A DNA stretch of 61,047 bases, filler included. It is 9 parts of 9 records of this genome, joined end to end, with 100 filler letters (N's around TTAATTAATTAA, not from the genome) between each part and the next. Parts side by side here need not be neighbours in the genome. Positions count along the whole stretch, not along the records: positions 7,049 to 14,902 come from SRR31156797_56224; positions 15,003 to 20,797 come from SRR31156797_56278; 7 more parts are not named here. One strand, written 5' to 3'. Below, piece by piece: positions 10,654 to 20,897 of this stretch (the stretch's first letter is position 1; the number at the start of each line of letters is the position of its first letter). The position numbers and the translations under genes are program-made. Under the pieces are notes generated by a model. It worked only from the letters and a program-made list of their open reading frames with translations. It was not told the DNA's origin and did not search any database.

Positions 10654-11760
10654 ATGAAAAACACGAAACAATGGACCAAAACACTGGCGGCCATCGCGGC
10701 CCAGCCATTGGAATTCTGCGAGGATTTCCCCGCGATCGCGCAGCGCGTCGAAGCGTGGTGGCAGCAGGAGTTGGTGGATCGGCCCGTCTTCCTGGCCCAG
10801 ACCAATACCCGACCAGAGCGGCTCATCACACGCCGGCTGGAACTGTTGGATGATCCCGACGCCTGGCTGGCTGCGAAATTGCAGGACATGCAACAGCTTC
10901 ACCGCGTCGGCGACACCCTGCCTCACGTGCGCGTCGACTTCGGCCCCGTCCTGCTGGGCAGTCTCCTGGGTGGCACGCGCGAGATCCGCTCCGACACGAG
11001 CTGGACGCATGCGTTCATCGATGATGATTGGTCGAACGCGCCCGACTGGACCATCCCCGACGATCATCCCGATTGGCTGCTGTTGCAGAAGCTGACCAGG
11101 CTGGTTGCCGAAGACGCGGCGGGCCGTTACCTTCTCTGCACGCCCGACCTGGGCGCTTCGGCCGACGTGCTGCTGAACCTGCGCGGCTCGGAGCAACTCT
11201 GTATGGACGCGGTCATGCGTCCCGAGACCATTCAGGCAGCCATCGATGCGATTTACGCCAGTTGGCTCCAGGCCTTCGCCAGTCTTTACGCCAACGCGAT
11301 CGAGTCCGGCGCGGGTGTCATTCATTGGCTGGGCCTGTGGTCGAATCGTCCACACGTGGTCCCCGCCTGCGATTTCAACGCGCTGATCGGTCCGGCTCAT
11401 TTCCAGCAACTCTGCCTGCCCGAGATTGCGCGCCAGGCGGAGGCCGTCGGCCGGGCCATCTTCCACCTGGACGGACCCGACGCCGCCCGGCACATCGACG
11501 CGCTCCTCGACGTGCCCCAGATCCAGGCGATCCAGTTCACCCCCGGCGCCGGCAGCCCCTCGGCCCTCCAGTGGCTCGACATGCTGCGCAAGATTCAAGA
11601 CCGAGGTCGCTCGCTACTGATCTTCACGCCGGTCGAAGAGGTCCTTGAACTGGCGCAGTCGCTCAAGCCCGAAGGCCTGGCCATCTTCATCGAGTGCCCT
11701 CCTGCCCCCGGCGACCTCGACACCTTGTTCGACCGGTTCTGTCGCCAATTTGAAGGTTGA
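10654..11760 (+). CDS. URO-D/MtaA-like (cobalamin methyltransferase superfamily) TIM-barrel protein of unknown function
   Basis: PDLG...LRG..QLCMD, CDFNALIGP..F, FHLDGP, IQFTPGAG motifs. Start uncertain (10585 or 10654). Confidence 0.65.
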   Translation: MKNTKQWTKTLAAIAAQPLEFCEDFPAIAQRVEAWWQQELVDRPVFLAQTNTRPERLITRRLELLDDPDAWLAAKLQDMQQLHRVGDTLPHVRVDFGPVLLGSLLGGTREIRSDTSWTHAFIDDDWSNAPDWTIPDDHPDWLLLQKLTRLVAEDAAGRYLLCTPDLGASADVLLNLRGSEQLCMDAVMRPETIQAAIDAIYASWLQAFASLYANAIESGAGVIHWLGLWSNRPHVVPACDFNALIGPAHFQQLCLPEIARQAEAVGRAIFHLDGPDAARHIDALLDVPQIQAIQFTPGAGSPSALQWLDMLRKIQDRGRSLLIFTPVEEVLELAQSLKPEGLAIFIECPPAPGDLDTLFDRFCRQFEG

Positions 11761-11823
11761 TTTCCTCCCTCTTTTGCGGCATGGTAGCCCCGACGACCTG
11801 AGAGTACACGCTAAGGAACCGCC

Positions 11824-13008
11824 ATGCTTGAAACGCTCGAACAGATGCTTCCGATCTCCAGCCCGCTGGCCGTCCTGACGACTCTGGCCGCGACTGCCGC
11901 GCTGTTCTTCTTCCTGGAACACGCCACGAAGTGGAAGCTGTTCGCGTACCTGCCGCCACTGCTGTTCATCTATGCGTTCCCCATGGTCCTCTCGAACACG
12001 GGCCTGCTGGTCCACGAGAGTCCGGTCTACGGCGCAATGAGCCGCGTGGTATTGCCCTTCCTGCTGGTGGTCATGCTGCTGAAGGTGGACGTCGTCTCGA
12101 CCGTCCGCGTGATGGGCAAGGGAATCCTCGTCATGCTGTGCGGCACGGCGGGCGTCGTGCTCGGGGCGCCGGTGGCCTACGCCCTCATCAAGAGCAAGCT
12201 GGACCCGACGGGTTGGAAGGCCTTCGGCACGCTGGCCGGCAGTTGGATCGGCGGCACCGGCAATATGGCGGCCGTCAGCGAAGGAATCGAGGCCTCGGGG
12301 ACCGAGTTCGGCCTGGCCGTCCTGGGTGACAACGCCGTCTACCTGATCTGGCTGCCAATCCTGCTCGCATCCAAGGGCCTGGCACCCTGGTTCAATCGCT
12401 TCGCCCGCGTCGATCCGAAACGTATCGAAATGCTCGAAGCCTCCAGCGCCGATCTCGATCAGAGCGAGGAAAAGCCAGCGATGCGTCACCTGCTGTACCT
12501 TCTGGTTCTGGGCCTGGGCGTGACACTGGCAGCCGAGGCAATTTCGCAATGGCTGCCCCAAGTCCCGCCCGTCCTGACGGCCTCCTCCTGGAAGATCCTG
12601 TTGGTGACCACATTCGGATTGCTGCTCTCAGCGACGCCGGCTCGAAGGATTCCGGGCAGTCACGAACTGGCGATGGCCCTGATCTATCTCTTTGTGGCCA
12701 ATATGGGAGCCCGCGCCAGCCTGTCGGGACTGGAGGAGCAAGCCTTGTGGTTTGTCCTGGGCGCCTATATCTGGATCGCGCTGCACGGGATCTTCTGCGT
12801 CCTGGCCGCGCGGCTGTTCCATGTGGACATCCATTCGACCGCCATTGCCAGCGCCGCCAATATCGGCGGGGCCGCCAGCGCCCCGGTCGTCGCGGCTCAC
12901 CACAATCCCAAGCTCGTCCCGGTCAGTATCCTCATGGCCCTGATTGGCTACGCCGTCGGCACCTACGGCGCCTTCGTCGCCGCCTGGCTCTGCCAACTCA
13001 TCGCCTAG
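11824..13008 (+). CDS. DUF819 family membrane protein
   Basis: GSWIGGTGNMAAV and ASAANIGGAASAPVVA motifs, ~10 TM helices. Confidence 0.85.
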   Translation: MLETLEQMLPISSPLAVLTTLAATAALFFFLEHATKWKLFAYLPPLLFIYAFPMVLSNTGLLVHESPVYGAMSRVVLPFLLVVMLLKVDVVSTVRVMGKGILVMLCGTAGVVLGAPVAYALIKSKLDPTGWKAFGTLAGSWIGGTGNMAAVSEGIEASGTEFGLAVLGDNAVYLIWLPILLASKGLAPWFNRFARVDPKRIEMLEASSADLDQSEEKPAMRHLLYLLVLGLGVTLAAEAISQWLPQVPPVLTASSWKILLVTTFGLLLSATPARRIPGSHELAMALIYLFVANMGARASLSGLEEQALWFVLGAYIWIALHGIFCVLAARLFHVDIHSTAIASAANIGGAASAPVVAAHHNPKLVPVSILMALIGYAVGTYGAFVAAWLCQLIA

Positions 13009-13017
13009 AGCCCAGAA

Positions 13018-13129
13018 GGTGTCCGGTACCTTTTTTCCTCCCTGGCCGGAGATAGCAAGCCACTGCCCAAACACTCATTGGCCACCGAATCCGGCTGGAC
13101 ATGCGCTGGGAAAAAAGGTACCGGACACC
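13018..13129. repeat. REP/MITE-like inverted repeat pair between convergent genes
   Basis: Perfect 21-bp IR GGTGTCCGGTACCTTTTTTCC (13018-13038) / GGAAAAAAGGTACCGGACACC (13109-13129) with a 70-nt spacer. Confidence 0.75.
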
Positions 13130-13158
13130 CTCCTCACATGGATGAACCACAGGATCAA

Positions 13159-14902
13159 TCACTGCGCCGGCACGATCTTGAAGGCGACGTCGTTGCCGAT
13201 GTGCAGCGCGTGGCCACCGGTCGTTTTGAGCTCGGGGATTGTGCAGGTCAGTTTGCCATCGCGTGTTTCGATCTTCTGGGTATCCAGGTATCGACCGCGC
13301 CAGGTTCGGTACAACCGCACGTCGTAGGAACCGTCGGGCAATCCGGACAGCGTGAAGGACTCGTTCGCAACGCTGGTTTGCGGGTGAACGACCCAGCCGA
13401 AGATCAGCTTGTCGCTCTTCATCACCCAGGCGTCGCAGTCGCCCGCCGCGACCTGGGCGGGCGCGAAATCGAGATTGGCGAAATCGATATCGGCCACGAA
13501 CTGTGAGAAATAGCGCATCTGGTTGGTCACGACGCTGTCGTTAAGCCAATCCGAATAGGACCACCAGAACGGCGTCGCACACAAGCCATTCGCCAGGCTC
13601 ACCCAGAGAGCATTGTGATACATGGCGAGGTAGCCCGGCATGCCCGGCTCGTAATAGGTATGGTCCCAGCCGCACTCGCCGATCATCGCGGGCTTGTGCC
13701 AACCTTTCCAAAGATCTTGCGTCTGCTTGGCGTAGGTGCGGTAGCTGAACTGCAGCGGATTGTCATCGTTGGGGCCGAGCTTGCCGCTCTTCGGCATGGG
13801 ATGGCCCTGCGCCTCATAGATCTCTCGCGCGGCAATATCGAAGATTTCGTAACCACCGGGCCACCACTGGCCGATGCCCCCGCTCTGCGTGCCCGTGGTC
13901 GGCCGACCGTATGGATCGTGCCGGCGGAAATACTCGTGCATCTTGCGCGACCATTGCTCGGCGCCGGCCTGGCCGCCCTGGGTCCAGCCTTCGGTGCCAT
14001 TGATCTCATCAACGGTGAACCAGAGGAACAAGGCTCGGCTATACCCCCAGCGGGCCATGATATAGCGATAGAGTTTCTCCTGATAGGCCCACGCCTCGTC
14101 GCTGGCGAAGAAGTCCTTGGCGCTGGCGACGAGTCGGTAGGGATTGTTGCGATACCGCGCGTTGCCGCCGCCCCAGACCGCCTGCGAAATGTAGGAATGG
14201 AACCAGATGTTCCAACTGATGTGCAGGTCGCGCTGTTCGCACCACTCGAAGAGCTGGTCCATCCGCCCGCAGCGATTCTGGTCGTAGCGGCCCAGACCGG
14301 TGCCCATCGTTTCCAGGGGCGTCGGGAAGAAGCTGATGAAGTTGGCCCCACGTCTCTTCAGATTGTCCAGCCCTTCCTCGGTGATGCGCCCCTCGCTGAA
14401 CCGCTCGTAGCTGTCATTGTACCAGAGGCCGACGCCGTAATATGACGTGCCGTCGGTGTAGTGCAGATACCGTTGGTTCGGCGCGATGCTCACAAAGCCA
14501 TGGTGGGCCGAGTCCACGACGGTAAATCGACCCGTGCGTGCTTCCGAGGTCCCTTCGGAATCAGTCACCGTAACGACATAGCGCCAGGCCCCTTTCTCCG
14601 TCGGCGCGAAGCGCACCATCCACAGCGACCCCCAACTGGAGGGATTGTAGAAACCCCAGATGAGATACGTCTGGCCCGACGGCGCGGTGAACTCGGCGCT
14701 CAGATCGATCTGTTCGGGATCGAAAGGATTCGCATAGGTCGCCTCCAGATCGATCCGCAACTCGAACTTCTCATAGAGTCCGACCTGACGGGAATCCGGC
14801 CGTACCGACCGGATCGAAGGCGGCTTGGCCCGCGCAAGTGCCACCATGTTCAAACAGACCAAACCCACAACCACGAACAGAAAACCACGACGCCTCTGAC
14901 AC
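13159..14902 (-). CDS. DUF5060-domain secreted glycoside hydrolase (clan GH-A/GH5-like), start codon lost at contig end
   Basis: N-terminal YEKFEL...NPFDP...W.VRFAP...G.WRY (DUF5060); acid/base-like DE and nucleophile-like IGECG. Confidence 0.75.
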
Positions 14903-15002
14903 NNNNNNNNNNNNNNNNNNNNNNNNNNNNNNNNNNNNNNNNNNNNTTAATTAATTAANNNNNNNNNNNNNNNNNNNNNNNNNNNNNNNNNNNNNNNNNN
15001 NN
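14903..15002. other. Artificial contig linker
   Basis: N-run with TTAATTAATTAA. Confidence 0.98.
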
Positions 15003-15094
15003 TTTTTAGCGAAGTGATGTATCAAAAAGAAAATAAAATTTATATATCATAAAAAAAATAAAGCCGAACTTTATAAAATAATCAAGGAGAGAAT

Positions 15095-15226
15095 ATGCTA
15101 ATTTTATATAAAACATGGTACTGGTTAAGAATCAAATTATATAAAGCATTTAGTAATTTCCTTACAATAAAACAAAACTCACAAAATAAACGAAAACATA
15201 AAAAAACTAAGAAATCAAAATTTTAA
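15095..15226 (+). CDS. Putative 43-aa small basic protein
   Basis: RBS AAGGAGAG just upstream of ATG; MLILYKTWYWLRIKLYKAFSNFLTIKQNSQNKRKHKKTKKSKF. Confidence 0.4.
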   Translation: MLILYKTWYWLRIKLYKAFSNFLTIKQNSQNKRKHKKTKKSKF

Positions 15227-15275
15227 CAATATAAATTTGAAGCAAATAAATAAAACTATAATTGGAGGCAAAAAA

Positions 15276-16766
15276 TTGTTTGAAAGATGTAGCGGTATAT
15301 TACTTCACCCAACTTCCCTACCAGGTAAATATGGTATAGGAGAACTTGGTGATGAAGCATTTAAATTCGTAGATTTTCTGATTAATTCAGGACAAAAATT
15401 ATGGCAGATATTTCCATTAGGACCAACGGGTTACGGAGACTCACCTTATCAATGTTTCTCTGCTTTTGCGGGGAATCCATTATTAATAAGTCTGTCTGAG
15501 CTTAAAAACGCAGGACTACTTAGCTCTGATGATCTAGACCACAAAGAGGAATTCGAGTCTTCTAAAATTGATTATGGTCAAGTATTGAACTTCAAAATGA
15601 ATTTAATAAAAAAAGCTTATGAAAATTTCAAAATTAAAAACGATTTTTTATTAAATAATAAGTTTAATCGATTCTGTACAGAAAACGCAAAATGGCTTGA
15701 TGATTACGCATTATTCAGAGCAGTCAAAACACATTTTGGTGAAAAATGTTGGAGTGATTGGGATGATAAAACAATTGTTTTCAGAGAAAAAGAAGCACTA
15801 GATATATATAGTGAGATGCTCGCTGATTCAATAAATTTCAGAAAATTTATTCAGTTCACATTCTTCCAACAATGGTTAGAGTTAAAAAGTTACGCTAATA
15901 GTAACGGAATTAAAATAGTAGGAGATATTCCTATATTTATATCTTATGACAGTTCAGATGCATGGTCTAATCCGGAACTATTCCTGTTTGACGAAGAAAG
16001 AAAACCTGTAAAAGTAGCCGGTGTTCCACCTGATTATTTCAGCGCTACAGGTCAATTATGGGGAAATCCTATATATAATTGGGATGCTATGAAACAAAAT
16101 AACTTCTCATGGTGGATAGATAGAATAAAAGCTAATCTTATGATTGCTGATATAATCAGAGTAGATCATTTCAGAGGTTTTGCACAATACTGGGGTGTTG
16201 ATGCTCATGAGGAAACAGCTATCAATGGTAAATGGTATGACAGCCCGGGACAGGAGCTATTTGAATCAATCAGAGATGAACTGGGTAAACTGCCTATTAT
16301 TGCAGAGGATTTAGGTTTAATTACAGAAGATGTGCTTGAGTTAAGAGATCATTTCGACTTACCCGGAATGAAAGTACTGCAATTTGGCTTTGATGAGTCG
16401 CTTGACAGTGACCACATACCACACAAAACTATTAAAAATTCTGTAGTTTACACAGGGACTCATGACAATGATACAATCACAGGATGGTATCATTCGATTA
16501 ACGATAAAGAGAAAAATATCGTTAACGATTACTTAAGAATTAAGAGCGCAAAAAACGTATCATGGGAGTTTATACAAACGGCATTTTCATCAGTTGCAGA
16601 TATAGCTATAGTTCCACTACAAGATATACTGAGCGTTGGCTCAGAGGGTCGTATGAATACTCCCGGGCTTGCAGCAGGTAACTGGCAATGGCGATATGAG
16701 AGCGGAAATCTAAATAAAAGATTAGCATTAAAATTAAAGGAATTAAGCAGATTATATTCAAGATAA
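15276..16766 (+). CDS. malQ: 4-alpha-glucanotransferase (amylomaltase, GH77)
   Basis: GILLHPTSLPG, GVPPDYFSATGQLWGNP, RVDHFRG, AEDLG, YTGTHDN; TTG start after GGAGG. Confidence 0.96.
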   Translation: MFERCSGILLHPTSLPGKYGIGELGDEAFKFVDFLINSGQKLWQIFPLGPTGYGDSPYQCFSAFAGNPLLISLSELKNAGLLSSDDLDHKEEFESSKIDYGQVLNFKMNLIKKAYENFKIKNDFLLNNKFNRFCTENAKWLDDYALFRAVKTHFGEKCWSDWDDKTIVFREKEALDIYSEMLADSINFRKFIQFTFFQQWLELKSYANSNGIKIVGDIPIFISYDSSDAWSNPELFLFDEERKPVKVAGVPPDYFSATGQLWGNPIYNWDAMKQNNFSWWIDRIKANLMIADIIRVDHFRGFAQYWGVDAHEETAINGKWYDSPGQELFESIRDELGKLPIIAEDLGLITEDVLELRDHFDLPGMKVLQFGFDESLDSDHIPHKTIKNSVVYTGTHDNDTITGWYHSINDKEKNIVNDYLRIKSAKNVSWEFIQTAFSSVADIAIVPLQDILSVGSEGRMNTPGLAAGNWQWRYESGNLNKRLALKLKELSRLYSR

Positions 16767-16768
16767 GT

Positions 16769-16807
16769 AAAAGAGCTCGATGGTGATAAACACCATCGAG
16801 CTCTTTT
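16769..16807. terminator. Bidirectional intrinsic terminator
   Basis: 17-bp perfect IR AAAAGAGCTCGATGGTG / CACCATCGAGCTCTTTT between convergent genes. Confidence 0.88.
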
Positions 16808-16814
16808 ATCTTAT

Positions 16815-17096
16815 TTACTTCAAATTTTTAATTTTAACTTCTTTAGATAATTTAACATTTTTTGAAACTATTTCTAAATCATCTAATTTTTTTCTATTTG
16901 AGTCTTCTAAAAATCCAATTTTTAGAGAGAGAAAATTATTGCAATTTATACAAAATGTAATATCTGATAATAAATGTTTCGTTTCCATTTTTTTATCAAA
17001 ATTAACTGAAAGCGAAATAATATGAACAAAACTATCAAATCTATTTTCATGTCCACATTTTATGCATCTTCCTTTAACCACTCCGAATATTTTCAT
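16815..17096 (-). CDS. Small hypothetical protein, possible zinc ribbon
   Basis: Two CxxC pairs (CIKC, CINC); RBS GGAGAGAG. Confidence 0.6.
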   Translation of the reverse strand: MKIFGVVKGRCIKCGHENRFDSFVHIISLSVNFDKKMETKHLLSDITFCINCNNFLSLKIGFLEDSNRKKLDDLEIVSKNVKLSKEVKIKNLK

Positions 17097-17132
17097 TACT
17101 TCTCTCTCCTCAAATAGTTATAAATCATTTAA

Positions 17133-18023
17133 TTATTGATACTCTTTTTCTTCTCCAAGTTTATACCAGTATTTATTATTTTTTAATACTTTTGTACTTG
17201 CTTCTGAAAGAAGAGGGTTATCAATTCTAAATATTTTTCTATTTGGAATATTAACTAATTCAAATATTTCTTTGTTATTTGGATGAGTAAATAATAAATT
17301 ATTGAAGCTTCCATCTGCAATTGCTCTTTCCAGTCCATATTCAATTCTAGCTGCTAATTTTCTGTTATCTTTATTTACGAAAAAATAGATAGGTGCAGGG
17401 TATTGAACCATTATAGTTTTTTCTACAGTTAATTTACCATCCTCGAATCTTTCTACTTCACTCCAAGGTTCGTTAATTCCTCTAGGGAAATAATCAAATC
17501 TTTTACCACTTAACATTTTAAATAGATGCTTATACTGAGGTGCTGTTTGTACCGGGATTCCGCCTGCTTTTAGAATTTTAGTATCCGGCCAGTCATGCCC
17601 CTGTCCTGCTTTTAATTGCTGTAGATCCTCAAAAGTTTCAACTGCTGCGAATCTATCTTCATCGCCTTTTCTGATAATAAATATTCTGTGACCTAACAAC
17701 CCTTTAAACAGAGGGATTCTTATTGCTTTTAGAACCTGCTCTCTTTCAACAGATGTCATTGTCCACATTACATCGATATTTCCGCCTCTTTTTACTTCCT
17801 CAATAACTCTACTTTGTACAGTATTTCCTCCGAAACCAACTAGATCAAATTCACCATATTTATCTACAGATTTATCAAGCGCTAATTTAAGCATATCCAG
17901 ATAATACTGATTTTTTCTCGCTTTGTTTGCCGCTGATTCCATATAGTGAATTGTTTCAGCTGAGAATGATGATGCTAAAATAAATACAAATAAACCTACC
18001 AATAATAACAATCTTTTTTTCAT
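17133..18023 (-). CDS. Periplasmic solute-binding protein family 3-like protein
   Basis: Signal peptide; IRIPLFKGLLGHR, AGQGHDWPDT, RFDYFPRG, YPAPIYFFV motifs. Confidence 0.8.
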   Translation of the reverse strand: MKKRLLLLVGLFVFILASSFSAETIHYMESAANKARKNQYYLDMLKLALDKSVDKYGEFDLVGFGGNTVQSRVIEEVKRGGNIDVMWTMTSVEREQVLKAIRIPLFKGLLGHRIFIIRKGDEDRFAAVETFEDLQQLKAGQGHDWPDTKILKAGGIPVQTAPQYKHLFKMLSGKRFDYFPRGINEPWSEVERFEDGKLTVEKTIMVQYPAPIYFFVNKDNRKLAARIEYGLERAIADGSFNNLLFTHPNNKEIFELVNIPNRKIFRIDNPLLSEASTKVLKNNKYWYKLGEEKEYQ

Positions 18024-18076
18024 GCTGCTTCCTCCCATAAACTCAATTTTATAATAATAATAATTTTATAAAAATA

Positions 18077-18102
18077 TGAGCCCCTAAAATCTTAGAGGCT
18101 CA
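18077..18102 (-). terminator. Intrinsic terminator after the PTS operon
   Basis: TGAGCC..CTAA / TTAG..GGCTCA hairpin with an A/T-rich flank. Confidence 0.6.
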
Positions 18103-18192
18103 CTTTTATGTAGATCAATTATGTAAGAATTTTACCCTGTCTGTTAGTTTTTATATCTTTTGGGCAAAATTTAAAGTGGTCGCTAATTCATT

Positions 18193-18699
18193 TTAACGTT
18201 TAAGTTTTACTTTCATTAACAGATCGCCTGGTTTAACTTTTCCACTTGCATATTCTATACTCTCCACCATATCCATTGATGATATTACAACAGGTGTTGC
18301 AACTGATGGTACTCTTTCTTTGATGAAATCTAAATCGAAACTGATAAGTTCATCACCTTTTTTAACAGGACCTTCTCCTTCATGAAGTGCTGTAAATCCC
18401 TCTCCTGCTAAACTTACTGTATCCAAACCAAAGTGTATAATTAATTCAAGTCCATTTTCAGTTTCAAATGACAGTGCGTGTTTTGTTTCAAATATAACTG
18501 TTTCGTTTGCATTACACGGGGCGAATATTTTGTTTCCCTCACCATTTGGCATGATTGCCAAACCTTCTCCGAGTTCTTTTGAAGCAAATGCTTCATCTTC
18601 AACTGATTCAAGTGGCATTATCTCTCCATGCATTGGTGAATATATCTCAAAAGAGTTTGAAACTTCTTGTTTTTTAAATATCTTATCAAATAAACCCAT
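18193..18699 (-). CDS. crr: PTS glucose-family EIIA component
   Basis: DEAFASKELGEG, TKHA, IHFGLDTVSLAGEGF. Confidence 0.9.
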   Translation of the reverse strand: MGLFDKIFKKQEVSNSFEIYSPMHGEIMPLESVEDEAFASKELGEGLAIMPNGEGNKIFAPCNANETVIFETKHALSFETENGLELIIHFGLDTVSLAGEGFTALHEGEGPVKKGDELISFDLDFIKERVPSVATPVVISSMDMVESIEYASGKVKPGDLLMKVKLKR

Positions 18700-18824
18700 A
18701 GCATTATATTCCTTTCTATTATAAATTGATTTAGCTTCATAGTTGTATTATCAATATTTTCATAGCTTTAAGAGTTTTTTAGAGTCGACTCCACTATATG
18801 AAAGCTCAATTTATTTTAATTCTA

Positions 18825-20342
18825 TTAAAATCCTAAAACATCTTTAACTTTACTCGCAATTACGTTAACTTTTGGTCCGTAAATTACTTGTACTTGTGTT
18901 CCAGATAATACTTTTACTCCTGCTGCTCCTGTTGATTTTAACTTTGCCTCATTAATCTTAGCTGTATCTTTTAGGTCAAGTCTTAATCTAGTAAAACAGT
19001 TATCTACAACATCTATGTTTTCGTGTCCTCCAAGACCTTCAATAATAGTTACTATTTTAGAATCTCCTGCTGCTGTTCCTGTTGATTTAGTTTCTTCTGC
19101 TTCATCTACACCACTGTCGATTACCAAATTTTTCTTAACGAAATAAGTTTTGAATACGAAGAAGTAAATTCCGGCATAAGCAATTCCTACGATTACAGGC
19201 ATGATCCAGTTTGATCCAGGTACTAACATTCCGTAAACTCCTAAATCTATAAGTCCACCTTGTGTATTACCGATTCCTACATTTAACAGATCCATAAGCA
19301 TGAATGATAATCCAGCCATTACAGAATGGAATAAGAATAATACCGGTGCAATAAATAAGAATGTGAATTCTAAAGGTTCAGTGATTCCTGTAGTCATTGA
19401 TGCAAGTACTCCTGCAATTAATAGTGCTTCTGTAGTTCTCTTTTTATTTTCAGGTGTTACTTTATACATAGCGTATGCTGCTGCAGGAAGTCCGAATACC
19501 ATGTATGCGATTTTTCCTTGAGCTAAGAATCTAGTATATGGTTTTAATTCGTTGATATCTACTTTTCCGAAGTATTCGAAGAAGATATTCCATACTCCAA
19601 CTGTTCCGTTTAATTCTCCACCAACTGCTGTAGTTCTGAAGATACCATTTAATAAGTGATGTAATCCTGTAGGGATAAGTAATCTCTCTAAGAATCCATA
19701 TAAGAATGTCCCGAATAATCCAAGGTTAGCAATTCCAAGTCCTACCATTTCAATAGTTTTACTTACAGGTAACCATACGAAAGGAATAACTTGTCCAATA
19801 ACTGCACCAACAACGATTACTGCAATGGCAACGAATCTTTTACCACCAAAGAATGCAATAGCAACCGGAAGTTCGATATTATAATATTTATTATGAATAT
19901 AAGCTGTTAAACAACCTGCCAACATACCCGCAACTGCTCCCATTTCAGGAACTCCGCCAATACCAAGTGCTCCACCTAAAGCTGATTTAGGAAAAGTAAT
20001 ATAATCAGATGCAACCATATAACTTGCACTCCACATCATGATATAATAACAAACAAATCCTGCAAGTGCTGCAATTCCTTTTTCCTTTTTAGCCAGTCCT
20101 AACGATATCGAGATAGCAAATAGTACAGGTATCAGTCCGAATACCTTTATACTCATAGTTCTGATTAAGAATAATACATATGCAACTCCACCACCATTTA
20201 AAAACGGTAACATCTCTTTGATCTGAGGTCTTGATAATGCTGCTGTAAATCCAAATAGTATACCTACTGCTGCTAATAATGCGATTGGAAGCATTAAACT
20301 TCTACCAAAATCCTGCAGATACTTCATAACTTTGTCTTTCAT
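18825..20342 (-). CDS. PTS maltose/glucose-family EIICB component (MalX-like)
   Basis: LERLLIPTGLHH, GITEPLEFTFLF, EIIB motif NCFTRLR. Confidence 0.9.
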   Translation of the reverse strand: MKDKVMKYLQDFGRSLMLPIALLAAVGILFGFTAALSRPQIKEMLPFLNGGGVAYVLFLIRTMSIKVFGLIPVLFAISISLGLAKKEKGIAALAGFVCYYIMMWSASYMVASDYITFPKSALGGALGIGGVPEMGAVAGMLAGCLTAYIHNKYYNIELPVAIAFFGGKRFVAIAVIVVGAVIGQVIPFVWLPVSKTIEMVGLGIANLGLFGTFLYGFLERLLIPTGLHHLLNGIFRTTAVGGELNGTVGVWNIFFEYFGKVDINELKPYTRFLAQGKIAYMVFGLPAAAYAMYKVTPENKKRTTEALLIAGVLASMTTGITEPLEFTFLFIAPVLFLFHSVMAGLSFMLMDLLNVGIGNTQGGLIDLGVYGMLVPGSNWIMPVIVGIAYAGIYFFVFKTYFVKKNLVIDSGVDEAEETKSTGTAAGDSKIVTIIEGLGGHENIDVVDNCFTRLRLDLKDTAKINEAKLKSTGAAGVKVLSGTQVQVIYGPKVNVIASKVKDVLGF

Positions 20343-20559
20343 TTCCACTCTCCTTTAAATAAATTGTATTAAAAATAAAATAATTTTTCTAAAACTAACA
20401 GTGCTCCTTTGTTGGTTTTGGAAGAATTATTCTCCCAAGAACAAACAATTTATTACTAATTTCCACTCAGCTATATTACTTCAAATCCTCTACAATTCAC
20501 TATAATTATTATAATAAAATTTAAATAAATTCCATAAAGTTACTATCAAATTAGCCCTT

Positions 20560-20790
20560 AGTCAGAATTTACACAGAGTAAGTATGATTCAAGGATCATG
20601 GGCGAGGACTCTGTGTAAACTCATGACTTTTATAGAAGTTCATGGGCAAAAATTAGCAATTGTTATTTGATTTTTAAACCGTGCCTTCGCGGCACCCGCG
20701 CGAACTAAGGTGAAAGTGATTCATCTTCACCGAAACTTTAGCTTACGTTCATCGAATATTCGTAGGGGTAAATTCTATATTTACCCAGTC
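20560..20790. repeat. Cluster of hairpins / REP-like elements at the contig end
   Basis: 12-bp IR TTTACACAGAGT / ACTCTGTGTAAA, GTGCC..GGCAC, GGTGAA..TTCACC, GTAG-GGGTAAAT-TCTAT-ATTTACCC. Confidence 0.5.
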
Positions 20791-20797
20791 AGAAATA

Positions 20798-20897
20798 NNN
20801 NNNNNNNNNNNNNNNNNNNNNNNNNNNNNNNNNNNNNNNNNTTAATTAATTAANNNNNNNNNNNNNNNNNNNNNNNNNNNNNNNNNNNNNNNNNNNN
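20798..20897. other. Artificial contig linker
   Basis: N-run with TTAATTAATTAA. Confidence 0.98.

Noticed and set aside
7144-14445. Long antisense or alternative-frame ORFs (e.g. 7144-8298, 8662-9693, 10642-11598, 11614-12561, 13615-14445)
   Set aside because: Shadow ORFs of real genes in high-GC DNA, with no recognisable motifs.
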